DNA of 64,000 nucleotides from sequence record PZ445428.1; one strand, 5' to 3'. This DNA is from a phage. A model generated the notes under the pieces. The model did not search any database. It was not told the origin of the DNA and saw nothing but the letters and a program-made list of their open reading frames with translations. Shown piece after piece: positions 63,524 to 64,000 of the stretch. Both the position numbers and the translations under genes were made by a program. Within the stretch, counting starts at the first letter, position 1. The number at the start of each line of letters is the position of its first letter.

Positions 63524-63801
63524 TAACAGAAATTCTAATTGGATTGCTAGTAATTACAACGATAGCAGCAATCGGTGGTATAATTGGCATCATTAATGCC
63601 AGTAAAAATATGGAAGCTATGAAGCTTACTAATGAAGGGTTACACAAACGTCTGGTCGAACAAGAAGAAGCTATTGAAATGGCTCAGCGAAGATCAGATA
63701 TTCTTAAAGATAAACTAACAACTGTCGAGTCTCTGGCCGGAAACGTTAAACTGCCTGTTAAAATATTACGTGCACAGATTATTACGGAGATTAAGAAATG
63801 A
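63520..63801 (+). CDS. hypothetical membrane-anchored protein
   Basis: 93 aa, N-terminal TM helix. Confidence 0.5.
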   Translation: MITEILIGLLVITTIAAIGGIIGIINASKNMEAMKLTNEGLHKRLVEQEEAIEMAQRRSDILKDKLTTVESLAGNVKLPVKILRAQIITEIKK

Positions 63802-64000
63802 TTATGTTCCTCCTAGCGATGTATCTTGTTGTTATTGCGGTTCTGGTTCAAAAGTACCACACCTGGACTATTAAGAACGTTGCAAAAGTAGCACTGTTTA
63901 TTATTCCAGTTCCGGTTCTTATCGTTGCCTTAGTTCTCACGATGATTGCGGGTAAGATCACCAAGACTAACGTTAAACGTATTATCGACGAAATACAGCA
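63798..64000 (+). CDS. hypothetical membrane protein, partial (runs off window end)
   Basis: ATG overlapping upstream stop; MIMFLLAMYLVVIAVLV... Confidence 0.4.
   Translation, partial: MIMFLLAMYLVVIAVLVQKYHTWTIKNVAKVALFIIPVPVLIVALVLTMIAGKITKTNVKRIIDEIQ

Noticed and set aside
1-64000. CRISPR array
   Set aside because: The recurring 60-bp elements are promoter modules at irregular spacing next to genes, not short direct repeats with unique spacers.

Overview
This window is a T5-like (Demerecviridae/Tequintavirus-type) lytic coliphage early region, identified from gene content and a recurring sigma70 promoter module (TTGCTx-17bp-TATAAT-ATAAATTGATGAGAGGA) that includes a near-copy of the classical T5 N25 promoter. 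Positions 1-21250 are a minus-strand replication/nucleotide block: SF2 helicase, family A DNA polymerase, DnaG-type primase, DnaB-like helicase, split NAD-dependent ligase, SIR2-like and HAD-like proteins, and anaerobic RNR NrdD. From 21.6 kb the plus strand carries PhoH, NrdA, an HNH endonuclease, NrdB, DHFR, ThyA and RNase H, then a roughly 15-kb cluster of about 31 hand-folded tRNAs interleaved with mini-ORFs and structured non-coding RNA, a NadR-PnuC NAD+ salvage pair, a GrcA-like glycyl-radical cofactor beside a minimal NrdG-like activase, and a lysis region (dNMP kinase, ClpP-like protein, holin-like protein, M15 endolysin). The best candidates for something undescribed are a 2-gene minus-strand island at 37.7-39.2 kb, the 1.1-kb ORF-free structured RNA region at 35.0-36.1 kb, and the phage NAD+ module. 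All tRNA folds, anticodons and motif calls were done by eye, coordinates may be off by a few nucleotides, and no database search was run.
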